47,243 bases of DNA, taken from assembly GCA_946623775.1 (NCBI GenBank), contig CAMORJ010000002.1, positions 1 to 47,243 on the forward strand, in the 5' to 3' direction. Numbering within the stretch: position 1 is the first letter of the stretch; each line of letters starts with the position of its first letter. The notes beneath the pieces are model-generated. The model saw only the letters and a program-made list of their open reading frames with translations, did no database searches and was not told the origin of the DNA. A program made the translations under genes and the position numbers. Below are positions 1 to 9,864 of this stretch, piece by piece. The DNA comes from an uncultured Bacillota bacterium. GTDB taxonomy: Bacteria; Bacillota_I; Bacilli_A; RFN20; CAG-826.

Positions 1-15
1 TTTTAATATATTAAT

Positions 16-1749
16 CTATTCTTCAACAACTTTGATGGCAACTGCTTCCAATTGGTCTTCGGAGACTTCGCTTGGAGCATGTGACATCGGATCGGCAGCC
101 TGAAGGTTCTTCGGGAATGCCTCGACATCGCGGATGTTGTCCGTGCCAGACATAATCATAGCCAAACGGTCCAAGCCGAACGCGATTCCGCCATGCGGAG
201 GAGCGCCATACTGGAACGCATCGATGAACCAGCCGAAGCGTCTCGCCACTTCTTCATCGCTCAAGCCGAGAAGATTGAAGATCTTCCACTGGATGTCGTG
301 GTCGTAGATACGCAAGGTTCCACCACCGGCTTCATAACCGTTGATAATGATGTCATAGGCATAGGCCAAGACTTCTTCTGGCTTTGTATCGAGCAATGGC
401 AAATCCTCATCGCGCGGGCGAGTAAAGGGATGATGCTCGGCGGCATACCGGCCTTCTTCGCCTTCGATCGGCTCAAACATCGGGAAGTCCACCACCCATA
501 GCAAATCATAGGTATTCGGTTTGATGAGGCCGAGCTGTTTCGCGTAAAGCGTGCGCAGCGCGCCTAGACCGAAGTCGATGTCGCGACGCGAAGAGCTGGA
601 AGCGAAGAGAATGAGGTCGTCATCTTTGAGTTCCAACGCCTCGATAAGTTCTTTTTGCTGGGCCTCATCGAGGAATTTCAGGAACGATCCAGACAAAGCG
701 CCGCCTTCCATCTTAAGGGAGAGGATGCCTTTTAGTCTGAATTTCCTCGCCTCGATTTGGAGGGCATCCAACACTTTGCGGGACGTTTCCTTGGCCACAC
801 CAGGAACGACGATGCCTTTGATGTATTCCGCTCCCTCAAAACCCTGGAATGGGCTGCGGGCGAGAATCGGTTTGAGGTCATGGAGCAAAAGACCGTAACG
901 GGTATCGGGTTTGTCTGAACCATAATTGTCCATGGCGTCCCAATATTTCATCCTGCGGAGAGGCAATTGGATTTCGACTCCCAAAACATCTTTGAACGCT
1001 TTGGCGAGGAATCCTTCGTTCAAGGCAAGAATCTGATCCTGATCCATGAAGGAGACTTCTTCGTCGAGCTGAGTGAATTCCGGCTGACGGTCAGCGCGAA
1101 GGTCTTCATCACGGAAGCATTTCGCGACCTGATAGTATCTTTCGACGCCGCCGACCATCAGCAATTGCTTCCAAAGCTGAGGGGATTGGGGCAAGGCATA
1201 GAAAGCGCCGTGATGGACGCGGGACGGGACTAAATAGTCGCGCGCGCCCTCGGGCGACGAGAGGTTCAGGATTGGGGTTTCAACCTCCAAAAAGCCCTGA
1301 CCATCGAAATATTCATGCCATGCCTTCACGATGGCGGCACGGATCTTGAGCTTGTTGAGCAAGCAAGGACGACGAAGGTCGAGGTAGCGATACTGCAAAC
1401 GCGTATCCTCCAAAGCATCGGTCTTGTCGGCGATGATGAATGGAGGGTTCACCGCTTTATTCAAAACGGTGATCTTATGGAGATAAACCTCGATTTCGCC
1501 AGTCGGGAGATTGGGGTTGGGGACGTCTTTTTTGCGAACGACGCCTTCCGCCTGGATGACGTATTCATTCCTGACATCGGGGAAATCCTCTGGATGGTCA
1601 GAGACCAATTGGACGTATCCCGTCGAATCGCGCAGGTCGATAAACAGCAGCGATCCGAGGTTGCGCCTGGTTCCGACCCAGCCGCATAGCGTCACTTCCT
1701 TGCCGACGTCGCTCAGCCGCAAGGTTCCGTTCCAATTCGTTCTTTTCAT
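16..1749 (-). CDS. aspS: aspartate--tRNA ligase
   Basis: 577-aa ORF with class II AspRS motifs (FRDEDLRADRQPEFTQLD, GGIAFGLDR). GAAGG SD lies 9 nt before the ATG. The gene starts 15 nt after the hisS stop, as in the Bacillus hisS-aspS operon. Confidence 0.95.
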   Translation of the reverse strand: MKRTNWNGTLRLSDVGKEVTLCGWVGTRRNLGSLLFIDLRDSTGYVQLVSDHPEDFPDVRNEYVIQAEGVVRKKDVPNPNLPTGEIEVYLHKITVLNKAVNPPFIIADKTDALEDTRLQYRYLDLRRPCLLNKLKIRAAIVKAWHEYFDGQGFLEVETPILNLSSPEGARDYLVPSRVHHGAFYALPQSPQLWKQLLMVGGVERYYQVAKCFRDEDLRADRQPEFTQLDEEVSFMDQDQILALNEGFLAKAFKDVLGVEIQLPLRRMKYWDAMDNYGSDKPDTRYGLLLHDLKPILARSPFQGFEGAEYIKGIVVPGVAKETSRKVLDALQIEARKFRLKGILSLKMEGGALSGSFLKFLDEAQQKELIEALELKDDDLILFASSSSRRDIDFGLGALRTLYAKQLGLIKPNTYDLLWVVDFPMFEPIEGEEGRYAAEHHPFTRPRDEDLPLLDTKPEEVLAYAYDIIINGYEAGGGTLRIYDHDIQWKIFNLLGLSDEEVARRFGWFIDAFQYGAPPHGGIAFGLDRLAMIMSGTDNIRDVEAFPKNLQAADPMSHAPSEVSEDQLEAVAIKVVEE

Positions 1750-1764
1750 TGCATTGTGCCTTCT

Positions 1765-3084
1765 TTATTCGTGATGGTGATGATGTTCTTCTTCTTCCTC
1801 ATCGAGAGCATCGAAGAGCTCGTCTAGTTTTTCCGCAAGCTCTTCGATTTTGACTTCGATTTGCTCTTTCTTTGCCAGGTCCTTAAGCTGGACGATTCCT
1901 TTTTCGAGTTCGTCCTCGCCGAGGATCAACGCGAATTTCGCTTTGCGCCTCTCGGCTTTCTTGAACATGGAGCCGAGCTTTCCAGGATGGAACGGCAATT
2001 CGCAGGAGTATCCGCACATCCTGATTTGTTCGACGATCAGATACATCGCGTCCTGCACCGCTTCCCCTAGGGGCATCGCATAGATATCGAGGGAATTATC
2101 GATATCGCCAAGCATATTGTTGTCCTTCATCAAGGAATAGAGCCTTTCGACGCCGCAGGCGAATCCGACGCCATGATCGAATTCTTCGGGGCCGCCGAAT
2201 TCCTTCATCATGCCATCGTAATGTCCACCGCCTAGCAAAGCCCCATAATCGGAGCCGGTCTCGCTTTTGGCATGGACTTCAAACACGATGTGCCCATAGT
2301 AATCCAGGCCGCGGACCAAGCCATCATCGATTTCATAATCGATTTCTTCATCGTTGAGGATGGAAAGGGTCTGATAGAAACGCTTTTCGGCTTCCGGAGA
2401 AAGGAAATCCTTCATTTTCGGAGCGCCCTTGGCGATTTCTTGGTCTTCCGGCACCTTGCAATCGAGCATGCGGAGCGGATTGAGTTCGAATCTCTGACGG
2501 CAATCCTCGCACATTTCGCCTAGGTGCGGACGGAAATAATCGCGCAGCGCATCCCGATATTTCGCACGGGATTCCGGATCTCCTAGGGTATTGACCTTGA
2601 CGACGAGGTTCTTGAACCCGAGCATCTTCAGGAAATTCATCGCGAGCGCGATGCATTCCGCGTCCATGCGGGCGGAATCATCTCCCACCGCTTCGACGCC
2701 TGCCTGGATGAATTGACGATATCTTCCTAGGCCAGGCCTTTCGTAGCGGAATGCGGGTCCGCAATAATAGACTTTCAGCGGGGCGTCGTTGGTCGCATAG
2801 AGCTTATGCTCAACGATGCTTCTCACCGCGCCGGCGGTTCCTTCGGGGCGCATGGTCACGGAGCGGGACGCTTTATCCGAGAAGGTATACATTTCCTTCC
2901 TGACAATGTCGCTGCTCTCGCCGGTTGAATGGGTGAAAACCTCGGTGTATTCGAGGATTGGCGTCTCGATCGGGCGATATCCATATAATTCGGATGCCGC
3001 TTTGAAGACGTTCTGTATATAGGAATAGGCCTCCGCTTCCTCTGCAAATAGGTCGTGGGTTCCTTTCACTGCGATAGTCGGCAT
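1765..3084 (-). CDS. hisS: histidine--tRNA ligase, ending in an unusual EEEEEHHHHHE tail
   Basis: 439-aa ORF with class IIa HisRS motifs (MYTFSDKASRSVTMRPEGTA, YYCGPAFRYERPGLGRYRQF, GGGHYDG). AAAGGA SD is present. Confidence 0.95.
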   Translation of the reverse strand: MPTIAVKGTHDLFAEEAEAYSYIQNVFKAASELYGYRPIETPILEYTEVFTHSTGESSDIVRKEMYTFSDKASRSVTMRPEGTAGAVRSIVEHKLYATNDAPLKVYYCGPAFRYERPGLGRYRQFIQAGVEAVGDDSARMDAECIALAMNFLKMLGFKNLVVKVNTLGDPESRAKYRDALRDYFRPHLGEMCEDCRQRFELNPLRMLDCKVPEDQEIAKGAPKMKDFLSPEAEKRFYQTLSILNDEEIDYEIDDGLVRGLDYYGHIVFEVHAKSETGSDYGALLGGGHYDGMMKEFGGPEEFDHGVGFACGVERLYSLMKDNNMLGDIDNSLDIYAMPLGEAVQDAMYLIVEQIRMCGYSCELPFHPGKLGSMFKKAERRKAKFALILGEDELEKGIVQLKDLAKKEQIEVKIEELAEKLDELFDALDEEEEEHHHHHE

Positions 3085-3112
3085 AACAAAATCCTTTCGC
3101 TTGACGGCGAAT

Positions 3113-3142
3113 ATTATAATCCTCTGCCTATAAAATAGGCAA
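3113..3142 (-). promoter_or_regulatory. candidate sigma-A promoter for hisS-aspS (TTGCCT-18-TATAAT)
   Basis: Read on the minus strand: TTGCCT (3142..3137), an 18-nt spacer, then TATAAT (3118..3113). The relA-hisS gap is only 58 bp, which leaves no room for a T-box leader. Confidence 0.35.
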
Positions 3143-5365
3143 TCAATGCGTGATGCGCTTTACGGAATATACGCCTTTTATTCCAAGAAGGTCACCAAAT
3201 AGGTCATTTAAGACCTTGGCATCGGGCACCGCCAAAGAGACGGAGAAGACGTCATTCATCGTTTCGCGGATCAAATGTGCCTTCAAATCGGATACGCCGA
3301 TGTTCTTGGCGCCGAATTTCTGCAAGACCTCCGCCAAAAGATTGACGCGGTCGTTCGCATAAATCTCAATATCGACAGGATAGGATTTGATTCCGAGGTT
3401 TTCTTTCCAAGAAACGGGAATCAGCCTCTTGGTCTGCGCGATATTGGGGCAATTAGCGCGGTGAACCGTGATTCCCTTTCCTTTAGTTATATATCCGACG
3501 ATGGCGTCGCCGGGGATCGGAGTGCAGCAATGGGAAAGGCTGATGGCAAGGTTGCTTGCGCCACCGGGAACGATGACGGGGCAAGATTCATCCAAAACGG
3601 GCTTTTTGACCTTCATCATGTCGATTGTTGGTTTCTTCTTGATATGCAAGAAATCCAAAACAGTCGATGATGTCGGATTTTTCATCGAAATCATGATGAA
3701 CAGGTCATCAAGGGATTCGAAATGGAACTCGTTGCGAAGCGCATCGGAATCAAGCAGTTTAAGCGCTTCTTCCTCTTCAATGTCTTGCTTGGCGAAAGCA
3801 TCCATGATGGATTGTCTGCCAGCTTTGATTTTCTCTTCGCGGACAATTTCGGCGTCACGACGCTGCAAAGCGCGGCGGATATGGTTCCTCGCGGAAGCAG
3901 TTCTGGCGATTTCAAGCCAGGAATCGTTGGGGCCCGTCGCGGATTTTGAAGTGCGGATTTCGCACACGTCCCCGGTCTTTAAAACCGTATTCAAAGGAAC
4001 GCCTACGCCATTGACCACCGCTCCGACGGCCGAATCGCCGACTTTCGTGTGGATCTTATAGGCGAAGTCCAATGTTGTAGCGCCCGTAGGGAGATCGATA
4101 ACCTTTCCCATTGGCGTGAAGACATAAACATTTGCTTCGAAAATGTCACTTGTAAGGCTGGCCATGTATTCGGCAGCCGTGCCATCTTGCTTGCCGGAAA
4201 GCGAAACGAAATCGCGGAACCAATGAAGCTTCTCTTCGATTTCTTTCTGCTCTTCCCTGGCGTTATAGTGCCCACCTTCTTTATATTTCCAGTGAGCGGC
4301 AACGCCAGACTCGGCAACCTGATCCATCTCCTCGGTGCGGATTTGGATTTCATACACCTGCCCATCGCCGCCGACGACCGAGGTATGCAAGGATTGATAC
4401 ATGTTCGGCTTAGGCGTGGCAATATAGTCTTTGAAGCGGCCAGGGATAGGTTTATAGGTTGAATGGATGATGCCTAGGATCTCATAGCAGTTGATGGTCG
4501 TCTCCGTGATGATGCGGATAGCCAAAACATCGTAAATCTCATCGAAGGAATGACCTTTCTGATACATTTTCCTATATATGGAATAAATGCTCTTAACCCT
4601 CGATTCCAGGCGGATATTTATATTATGCTCGAGCATGATGTCGGCGATGCGCTTCTTGAAAAGCTCCAATGAGTGTTTCCTGTTTTCGAAACCCTGATTG
4701 ACCAAGCGGAGAATCTCGTTGTATTTCTCAGGCTCAAGATATTTAAGGCATAGGTCTTCCAGCTCGCTTTGAACCGTATAGATTCCTAGACGGTGGGCGA
4801 TCGGAGTGAAGACATCCAAGGTTTCTTTGGATAAAGCGATCTGGCGTTCCGGAGGAAGGGAATCCATCGTCCTCATATTGTGAAGACGGTCCGCGAGCTT
4901 GACGATGATAACGCGAACGTCCTTCGCCATGCCGAGGAAAATCTTGCGGTGATCCTCCGCTTCGAAATCCTCCGCCGTCATCTTGGAAAGCTTCATCCTT
5001 TGGATTTTCGTCAAAGAATCGACGATCTTGGCGACTTCTTCTCCGAAAAGTTCATTGATATCGTCAATCGAAGTATCCGTATCCTCCACCACATCATGCA
5101 GCAATGCGGCGGCGATGGTGGTTGGGCTAGTCTGAAGCTGAGCGCAGATATAGGCGACCTCAATCGGGTGATGGATATAGGCTTCTCCCGATTTGCGGAA
5201 TTGGCCTTCGTGCTTCTTTTTGGCGAATTCGTAAGCCCCGTGTATCAGTTTTCTATCTTCTTCGACGGAAATGTAGGTGCAAAAAAGCGCGCGCAGATCA
5301 TCGTAATCATGCATCGGGTACCCACCGTTAGGTGGAAGCTTTTTCTTTCCTTTTGTGTCGGTCAT
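3143..5365 (-). CDS. relA: bifunctional (p)ppGpp synthetase/hydrolase (RelA/SpoT homolog)
   Basis: 740-aa ORF with HD hydrolase motif (HDVVEDT), synthetase motif (RFKDYIATPKPNMYQSLHT), and TGS and C-terminal ACT-like regions. The start could instead be the internal Met18. Confidence 0.93.
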   Translation of the reverse strand: MTDTKGKKKLPPNGGYPMHDYDDLRALFCTYISVEEDRKLIHGAYEFAKKKHEGQFRKSGEAYIHHPIEVAYICAQLQTSPTTIAAALLHDVVEDTDTSIDDINELFGEEVAKIVDSLTKIQRMKLSKMTAEDFEAEDHRKIFLGMAKDVRVIIVKLADRLHNMRTMDSLPPERQIALSKETLDVFTPIAHRLGIYTVQSELEDLCLKYLEPEKYNEILRLVNQGFENRKHSLELFKKRIADIMLEHNINIRLESRVKSIYSIYRKMYQKGHSFDEIYDVLAIRIITETTINCYEILGIIHSTYKPIPGRFKDYIATPKPNMYQSLHTSVVGGDGQVYEIQIRTEEMDQVAESGVAAHWKYKEGGHYNAREEQKEIEEKLHWFRDFVSLSGKQDGTAAEYMASLTSDIFEANVYVFTPMGKVIDLPTGATTLDFAYKIHTKVGDSAVGAVVNGVGVPLNTVLKTGDVCEIRTSKSATGPNDSWLEIARTASARNHIRRALQRRDAEIVREEKIKAGRQSIMDAFAKQDIEEEEALKLLDSDALRNEFHFESLDDLFIMISMKNPTSSTVLDFLHIKKKPTIDMMKVKKPVLDESCPVIVPGGASNLAISLSHCCTPIPGDAIVGYITKGKGITVHRANCPNIAQTKRLIPVSWKENLGIKSYPVDIEIYANDRVNLLAEVLQKFGAKNIGVSDLKAHLIRETMNDVFSVSLAVPDAKVLNDLFGDLLGIKGVYSVKRITH

Positions 5366-5399
5366 GCGTTAATTAAACTCCTACGCGCGAAGAAATCAA

Positions 5400-6947
5400 T
5401 CATTCTTTTTCCGCGATGATGTCGAGCGTGATCTTGCCGCGGAATTCATTGAGCCCGAATCGGACCACGAAATCAGTTCTCTGGATATCGGCGAAATCCT
5501 CTTTATGGAACTTAAAGCCAATTAAGCGCGCGCCTCCAGGAAGCGGGGTCAATAGGCAGCCGCTTTTCATGGAATACTGCAGCGAATCCACGGGAATGTT
5601 GCGAAGAGCGAATCTCGGTTCCTTATAATCCATGCCATATGGGCCGAATTCACGGATGATTCGGAAGGAATCCATCGTGCATTCATGAAGGAAAATCTCC
5701 ATGGGCTCACGCTCCTTCTCCCCTTTTCCCTTATTGATGGCGACATAGCGAAGAAACTCTTCGCGGAATATGGCGTAATCCTTCTTTTTTATCGTCACGC
5801 CTGCGGCGCGGGGATGGCCGCCATAACGGACCGCATAAGAAGACAACGCGTCCAAAGCGCCCATGACATCGAATCCGTCTTTGCAGCGCAACGACCCCAC
5901 GTAACAGTCAGGATCGCTGTTTGCGGGCGAAAACACAATGGTAGGCAAACCATTCTGCCCCAGAAGGCGATTCGCCAAAAGCCCGTTCAATCCTTCTTTC
6001 AGATTCGCCACCACCACATTCGCGCTGGCAAGCGGATCCAAAACGATTTTTGCGCTCGCCTCTGCCGTTAGGGTTTTGCGCGTTTCGTTCGTTTGGCGCA
6101 TAAACGCAGCCACGGGTAGCTTATTTTTGAAATCTAGGTCCGCAAAATAATGAACCAAGCGATTGATGGTATGGTCTTCCACGATACGCCCGACGGCATT
6201 GATTTGAGGGATGATTTCCATTCCCAAAACCGTCTCATCGATCCGTGACTTTTCGGTCATGGTCATGATTTCCGGATACTTGTTCGCGCGAATATTCCGC
6301 AACGCCAAGCGTACCGCTTCGCTGTTATGGCCCTTGATGGGCATCAAATCGCCAATCAAGGAAATCGCGGCGAGGGTCAGAAGATAATCGTCGACTTCGC
6401 CTAGCCATGCGACCGAGAACAGGAAGCACAGAAACCCAGCCGAAACCGGGTATTGCCCATATTTCAAAAGCTGGTCGTGGACGATGGATGTGGCAGGCGG
6501 CAACGACGCGGGAAGGTCATGATGGTCGATGACGATTGTCTGAATGCCGCGGGAAAGCAAAAAGGAAACGGCGTCAAGGCAGCTGACCCCATTATCGACT
6601 AAGATGACCAATGAATAGCCTTTGTCAGCGATCTTTCGCGCGTTATCCATCGTCAAGCCATATCCGTCCTGATATCTGGTAGGAAGATAAAACGATGCCG
6701 AATAATGGAGCTTATGGAAGCATCGCATGATGATAGATGTCGCCATAACGCCATCGGTGTCATAGTCTCCGTATACGATGATTTTCTTCCTGTCTTCCAT
6801 GTTCTGGCGAATCAGGTTTATCGCCTTTTTCACGGAAGGCTCATCATCGATTCTCGGGATGTTATCAAAAGAGGGCTCGCGCGATAAACGCGCAGAGTCC
6901 TCTTGCGTCAACTGTAAGTATTCTATCAGGCGCGACTTGAAATCCAT
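5400..6947 (-). CDS. recJ: single-stranded-DNA-specific exonuclease RecJ-like (DHH/DHHA1), short form
   Basis: 515-aa ORF with DHH motifs (VYGDYDTDGV, VIDHHD) and a GGHPRAAG DHHA1 motif. Its start shares one base with the secDF stop (TGATG). Confidence 0.85.
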   Translation of the reverse strand: MDFKSRLIEYLQLTQEDSARLSREPSFDNIPRIDDEPSVKKAINLIRQNMEDRKKIIVYGDYDTDGVMATSIIMRCFHKLHYSASFYLPTRYQDGYGLTMDNARKIADKGYSLVILVDNGVSCLDAVSFLLSRGIQTIVIDHHDLPASLPPATSIVHDQLLKYGQYPVSAGFLCFLFSVAWLGEVDDYLLTLAAISLIGDLMPIKGHNSEAVRLALRNIRANKYPEIMTMTEKSRIDETVLGMEIIPQINAVGRIVEDHTINRLVHYFADLDFKNKLPVAAFMRQTNETRKTLTAEASAKIVLDPLASANVVVANLKEGLNGLLANRLLGQNGLPTIVFSPANSDPDCYVGSLRCKDGFDVMGALDALSSYAVRYGGHPRAAGVTIKKKDYAIFREEFLRYVAINKGKGEKEREPMEIFLHECTMDSFRIIREFGPYGMDYKEPRFALRNIPVDSLQYSMKSGCLLTPLPGGARLIGFKFHKEDFADIQRTDFVVRFGLNEFRGKITLDIIAEKE

Positions 6948-9757
6948 CAGTCGTTGATTCCGATGAAGATGGCTTCTTCAGGTTCGCCGGATTTCTTCCT
7001 CTTAAGAAGCTGGCCAGCTTGTGCCTTCTTTTTCTTCTTAAGCGGCTTGATTTTGATCTTGGAGAAGAGTTTTCCAAGCTGCATCGCGACAAACGGCATG
7101 GTGGTGAGGGCCAAAGTGAGGGCAAGGGCCAAGCCGATGATGAAGCAGAGATAGCTCATCTGATAGTAAGGCGTGGACAAGGCGAAGAAGATAACGCCCA
7201 TCCACAGAGCAAGCGCGGCGAGCAACAAGGCGGCGCCTGCGTTGCGCGATGTCGCGGTTCTGAGCATTTCGCCACGGAATTCGTAGCCGGACTTGTCTTT
7301 TTCATGGGATTCGCGGATGAGGTCTTTCTCGCCAGCCATCGCAAATAGGGAGACCAAGAAGGCAATCACTGCGACAACCGCGGCGGAGATGGCGACGGTT
7401 GGCATGGCGGGAATCCTGGTGAAGGCGAAGAAAGCGACTGAGCCATAGGAAGCGACGAGCGCGACCGCCGTGGCGGCGATGCCGCGAGACGGGCGATAGC
7501 GGAGCATCATGTAGACCATGGCAACCGCCAAGCCAACGCCGATGCCGAGGCTCAATTTGGAGAGCTTAGGTTCGGAGACTTCCGGAATCGTGGTCTTGAA
7601 GGAGGCGGTGAAGTTCTCTGCCTCGTAGATGTATTTGGAGTTGATGAAGGAATCGATTGCCTCATCTAAGCTCATGGTTTGAGGATCGGTCCAATGGCCA
7701 TCGATATAATAGGAGACTTCGTAATCATTGGCGGGATCGAAATACTTCTTCAAGGAAATCTCGTAATAACGCCAATAGTAATTGGTGCCGTCGCCGGCAT
7801 CTTCGGTGATGTGTTCGGAATACGGAGTTTCGGACAAAGTGACAGCCGTGGTCAAGGAATCCAAGGTCTTTTGCTTGCCGTCGATGGTGACTTTGAATCC
7901 AGCGAGGAGGTTGGGTTCGCCGTCGACGTCATTGCCGCGCAATTCATCGATGGTGGAAACGCCTTCATAGGGGATGATGTCGTTGTTGTCGCTGCGGATA
8001 TCCAAACGCAAAACGGTGGATGGGGCCGTATATTCGGAATTGTTGAAGACGATGCCGTCTTTCACTCCGAAGATGATCATGGTCACGAGGCCAGCGAGAA
8101 CGAATGCGCCGGAAACGATGGAGGTCCAGAGCTTGCCTTTGGAGAAATCACGTTCGGCATAGGTGCCGAAGAAGGATTGCTGCTCTTCTTTGACGAGATC
8201 GGGGATCTTGGACTGGTCGATGAGGAACTGCTTCGGGAACTTGGACTGCATGGTGTTATCGTTGCAGAGAAGCCATCCGCCGATGCGGGTGAAGATGAGG
8301 TTGACCAAAGCGCCGAAGAATCCGCCGACGACGAGCATGATGCCGACTTTGGAAGCGAGGTCGCCCGCGAAGACGTAAACGAACACGCCGATGATGATGC
8401 TCACGACGCCTGCGTCGACAGTCGGCCAAACAGACTTCTTGATGGCCTCTTGATGCGCCTTTTTAAGGGTACGTCCGCGATAAATTTCGTTTTTGAGGTT
8501 GCGGGAATAGTAAAGGGAGCCGAAGAGGGATACCGCCATCGGGGCGATAAGGCCGATGATGGCAGCGATGTTGAGCTGCGCGCCGAAAGCGATGAACAAA
8601 GCAAGGCTGGCCGCGGAAGCCGCCAAAGCATTGGCCATATGGGTGAAGGCGAAGATGCGTTCCGCCAATCCAAGGACGACGCCGAGGACCACGACAAGGA
8701 CGATGGTCGCAAGCAAGGTGCGGCCGAAGCTCGCTTCAATCGCCCAATCGCCGAAGGTGATAAGGCTTTCGACGGTCGCTTTGGCATCCAAAGCATAGGT
8801 GAAGTTGACATGGTATCCAGCGCCATTGTTCATGGAGTGATAGCTGGAAGCATTGAACATGTTGCAAAGGAATGTTGCAGCGGCCACCGCTTGTTTCGTC
8901 TTGGTGGGATCGTAATTAGATTCGCTGATCGCCTCGGAGGGTGGGATCAATTGGAGATACGGGGTCTTTTTGTCGGTGTCGGAGGGATCGTACCAAACGG
9001 AATTGTCGTTGGCGGTTCCGTTGACGGTGAGGATGCGGCCGTTCTGGTTGATATCGGAACGGGATTTGGAATAATCGTCGGTCTCCTGGCGATTGGCCCA
9101 AACGACAAGGGTTGTGGATACGGCTGCCTTGGTTTCGTTGCCATCGTCATCGGTTTCGGCGGCCGAGGTATGATCGGTGCAGTATTTGACGAGATTGAGG
9201 AACGCTTCGCGGTAATCATCGCCTTCCTTCAAAGGAACCACGACGACCGGGACCTTGTAGGAGCCCATGTCGATGTCTTTGATTTCGGCGGTCTGCCCAT
9301 CGATGATGTCATCGAGGATGTCGGGGTGGGCATAGTCTTCAAAAGAAGTGTCGGAGGCATCGAGCTCATAATCGCCGCCGGAGAAAGCGAGGTATTGCTC
9401 CAAATAAGAATATTGAAGCGAATCGTTTCCAGGGGTGCGCAAAGTGACGGCGATGGTGTCATAGCCTTGGGTCGCGACTTCGAATTCGCTTAAGCCCCAC
9501 TTTTCGAGCCTAACGCGGAATTCATCGGCGATAAGGTCAATGACGGGCTTGTCATTGTTGATATCGGAATCATCAAGGAAATCGCTGTAGTTGCTGTTGG
9601 GGCTGTCTTCTACATAGTGTGATGCCTTGAAGTAAAGGGTTTTGCCATCGGCATAAGCCAAGTCGGCGTCCGCTGCTTTTATCATCGGGACGGCCGAGGC
9701 GCCAACTCCTAATAGCATTGTGGCGCACATGGCAAGGTAAGAGATGTAACGACGCAT
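6947..9757 (-). CDS. secDF: protein translocase subunit SecDF (fused)
   Basis: 936-aa ORF with an N-terminal signal anchor and two blocks of about six TM helices, each preceded by a large extracytoplasmic domain. It sits between ruvB and recJ as in Bacillus. Confidence 0.9.
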   Translation of the reverse strand: MRRYISYLAMCATMLLGVGASAVPMIKAADADLAYADGKTLYFKASHYVEDSPNSNYSDFLDDSDINNDKPVIDLIADEFRVRLEKWGLSEFEVATQGYDTIAVTLRTPGNDSLQYSYLEQYLAFSGGDYELDASDTSFEDYAHPDILDDIIDGQTAEIKDIDMGSYKVPVVVVPLKEGDDYREAFLNLVKYCTDHTSAAETDDDGNETKAAVSTTLVVWANRQETDDYSKSRSDINQNGRILTVNGTANDNSVWYDPSDTDKKTPYLQLIPPSEAISESNYDPTKTKQAVAAATFLCNMFNASSYHSMNNGAGYHVNFTYALDAKATVESLITFGDWAIEASFGRTLLATIVLVVVLGVVLGLAERIFAFTHMANALAASAASLALFIAFGAQLNIAAIIGLIAPMAVSLFGSLYYSRNLKNEIYRGRTLKKAHQEAIKKSVWPTVDAGVVSIIIGVFVYVFAGDLASKVGIMLVVGGFFGALVNLIFTRIGGWLLCNDNTMQSKFPKQFLIDQSKIPDLVKEEQQSFFGTYAERDFSKGKLWTSIVSGAFVLAGLVTMIIFGVKDGIVFNNSEYTAPSTVLRLDIRSDNNDIIPYEGVSTIDELRGNDVDGEPNLLAGFKVTIDGKQKTLDSLTTAVTLSETPYSEHITEDAGDGTNYYWRYYEISLKKYFDPANDYEVSYYIDGHWTDPQTMSLDEAIDSFINSKYIYEAENFTASFKTTIPEVSEPKLSKLSLGIGVGLAVAMVYMMLRYRPSRGIAATAVALVASYGSVAFFAFTRIPAMPTVAISAAVVAVIAFLVSLFAMAGEKDLIRESHEKDKSGYEFRGEMLRTATSRNAGAALLLAALALWMGVIFFALSTPYYQMSYLCFIIGLALALTLALTTMPFVAMQLGKLFSKIKIKPLKKKKKAQAGQLLKRKKSGEPEEAIFIGIND

Positions 9758-9864
9758 ACGTATCCTCCGTAGCCCTGAATTATTAATAATTCATGCTGAC
9801 GTCAATTAGCATACTCTTGTGCGCGCAAGCGGGCAACAAAGAATTGATTTCGAAGCCCCATTTT

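Noticed and set aside
3085-3142. A T-box leader was expected upstream of hisS-aspS, as in Bacillus.
   Set aside because: The gap is only 58 bp and contains no GGTGGTACCGCG-like T-box sequence. It fits a promoter only.
7679-9493. A 604-aa plus-strand ORF opposite secDF. Similar long plus-strand ORFs occur at 42682..44112, 21768..22622, 12953..13702, 24095..24805, 19678..20277, 34688..35347 and 36443..37039.
   Set aside because: All are in the codon-aligned antisense frame of clearly identifiable minus-strand genes. They lack SDs and give G/D/E/V-rich low-information translations. They are shadow ORFs caused by avoidance of TTA, CTA and TCA codons.
9797-9804. TGACGTCA palindrome, within ATGCT-GACGTCAATT-AGCAT, upstream of secDF.
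   Set aside because: It is a single short palindrome with no second copy and no associated regulator. It may simply overlap a TTGACG -35-like element.
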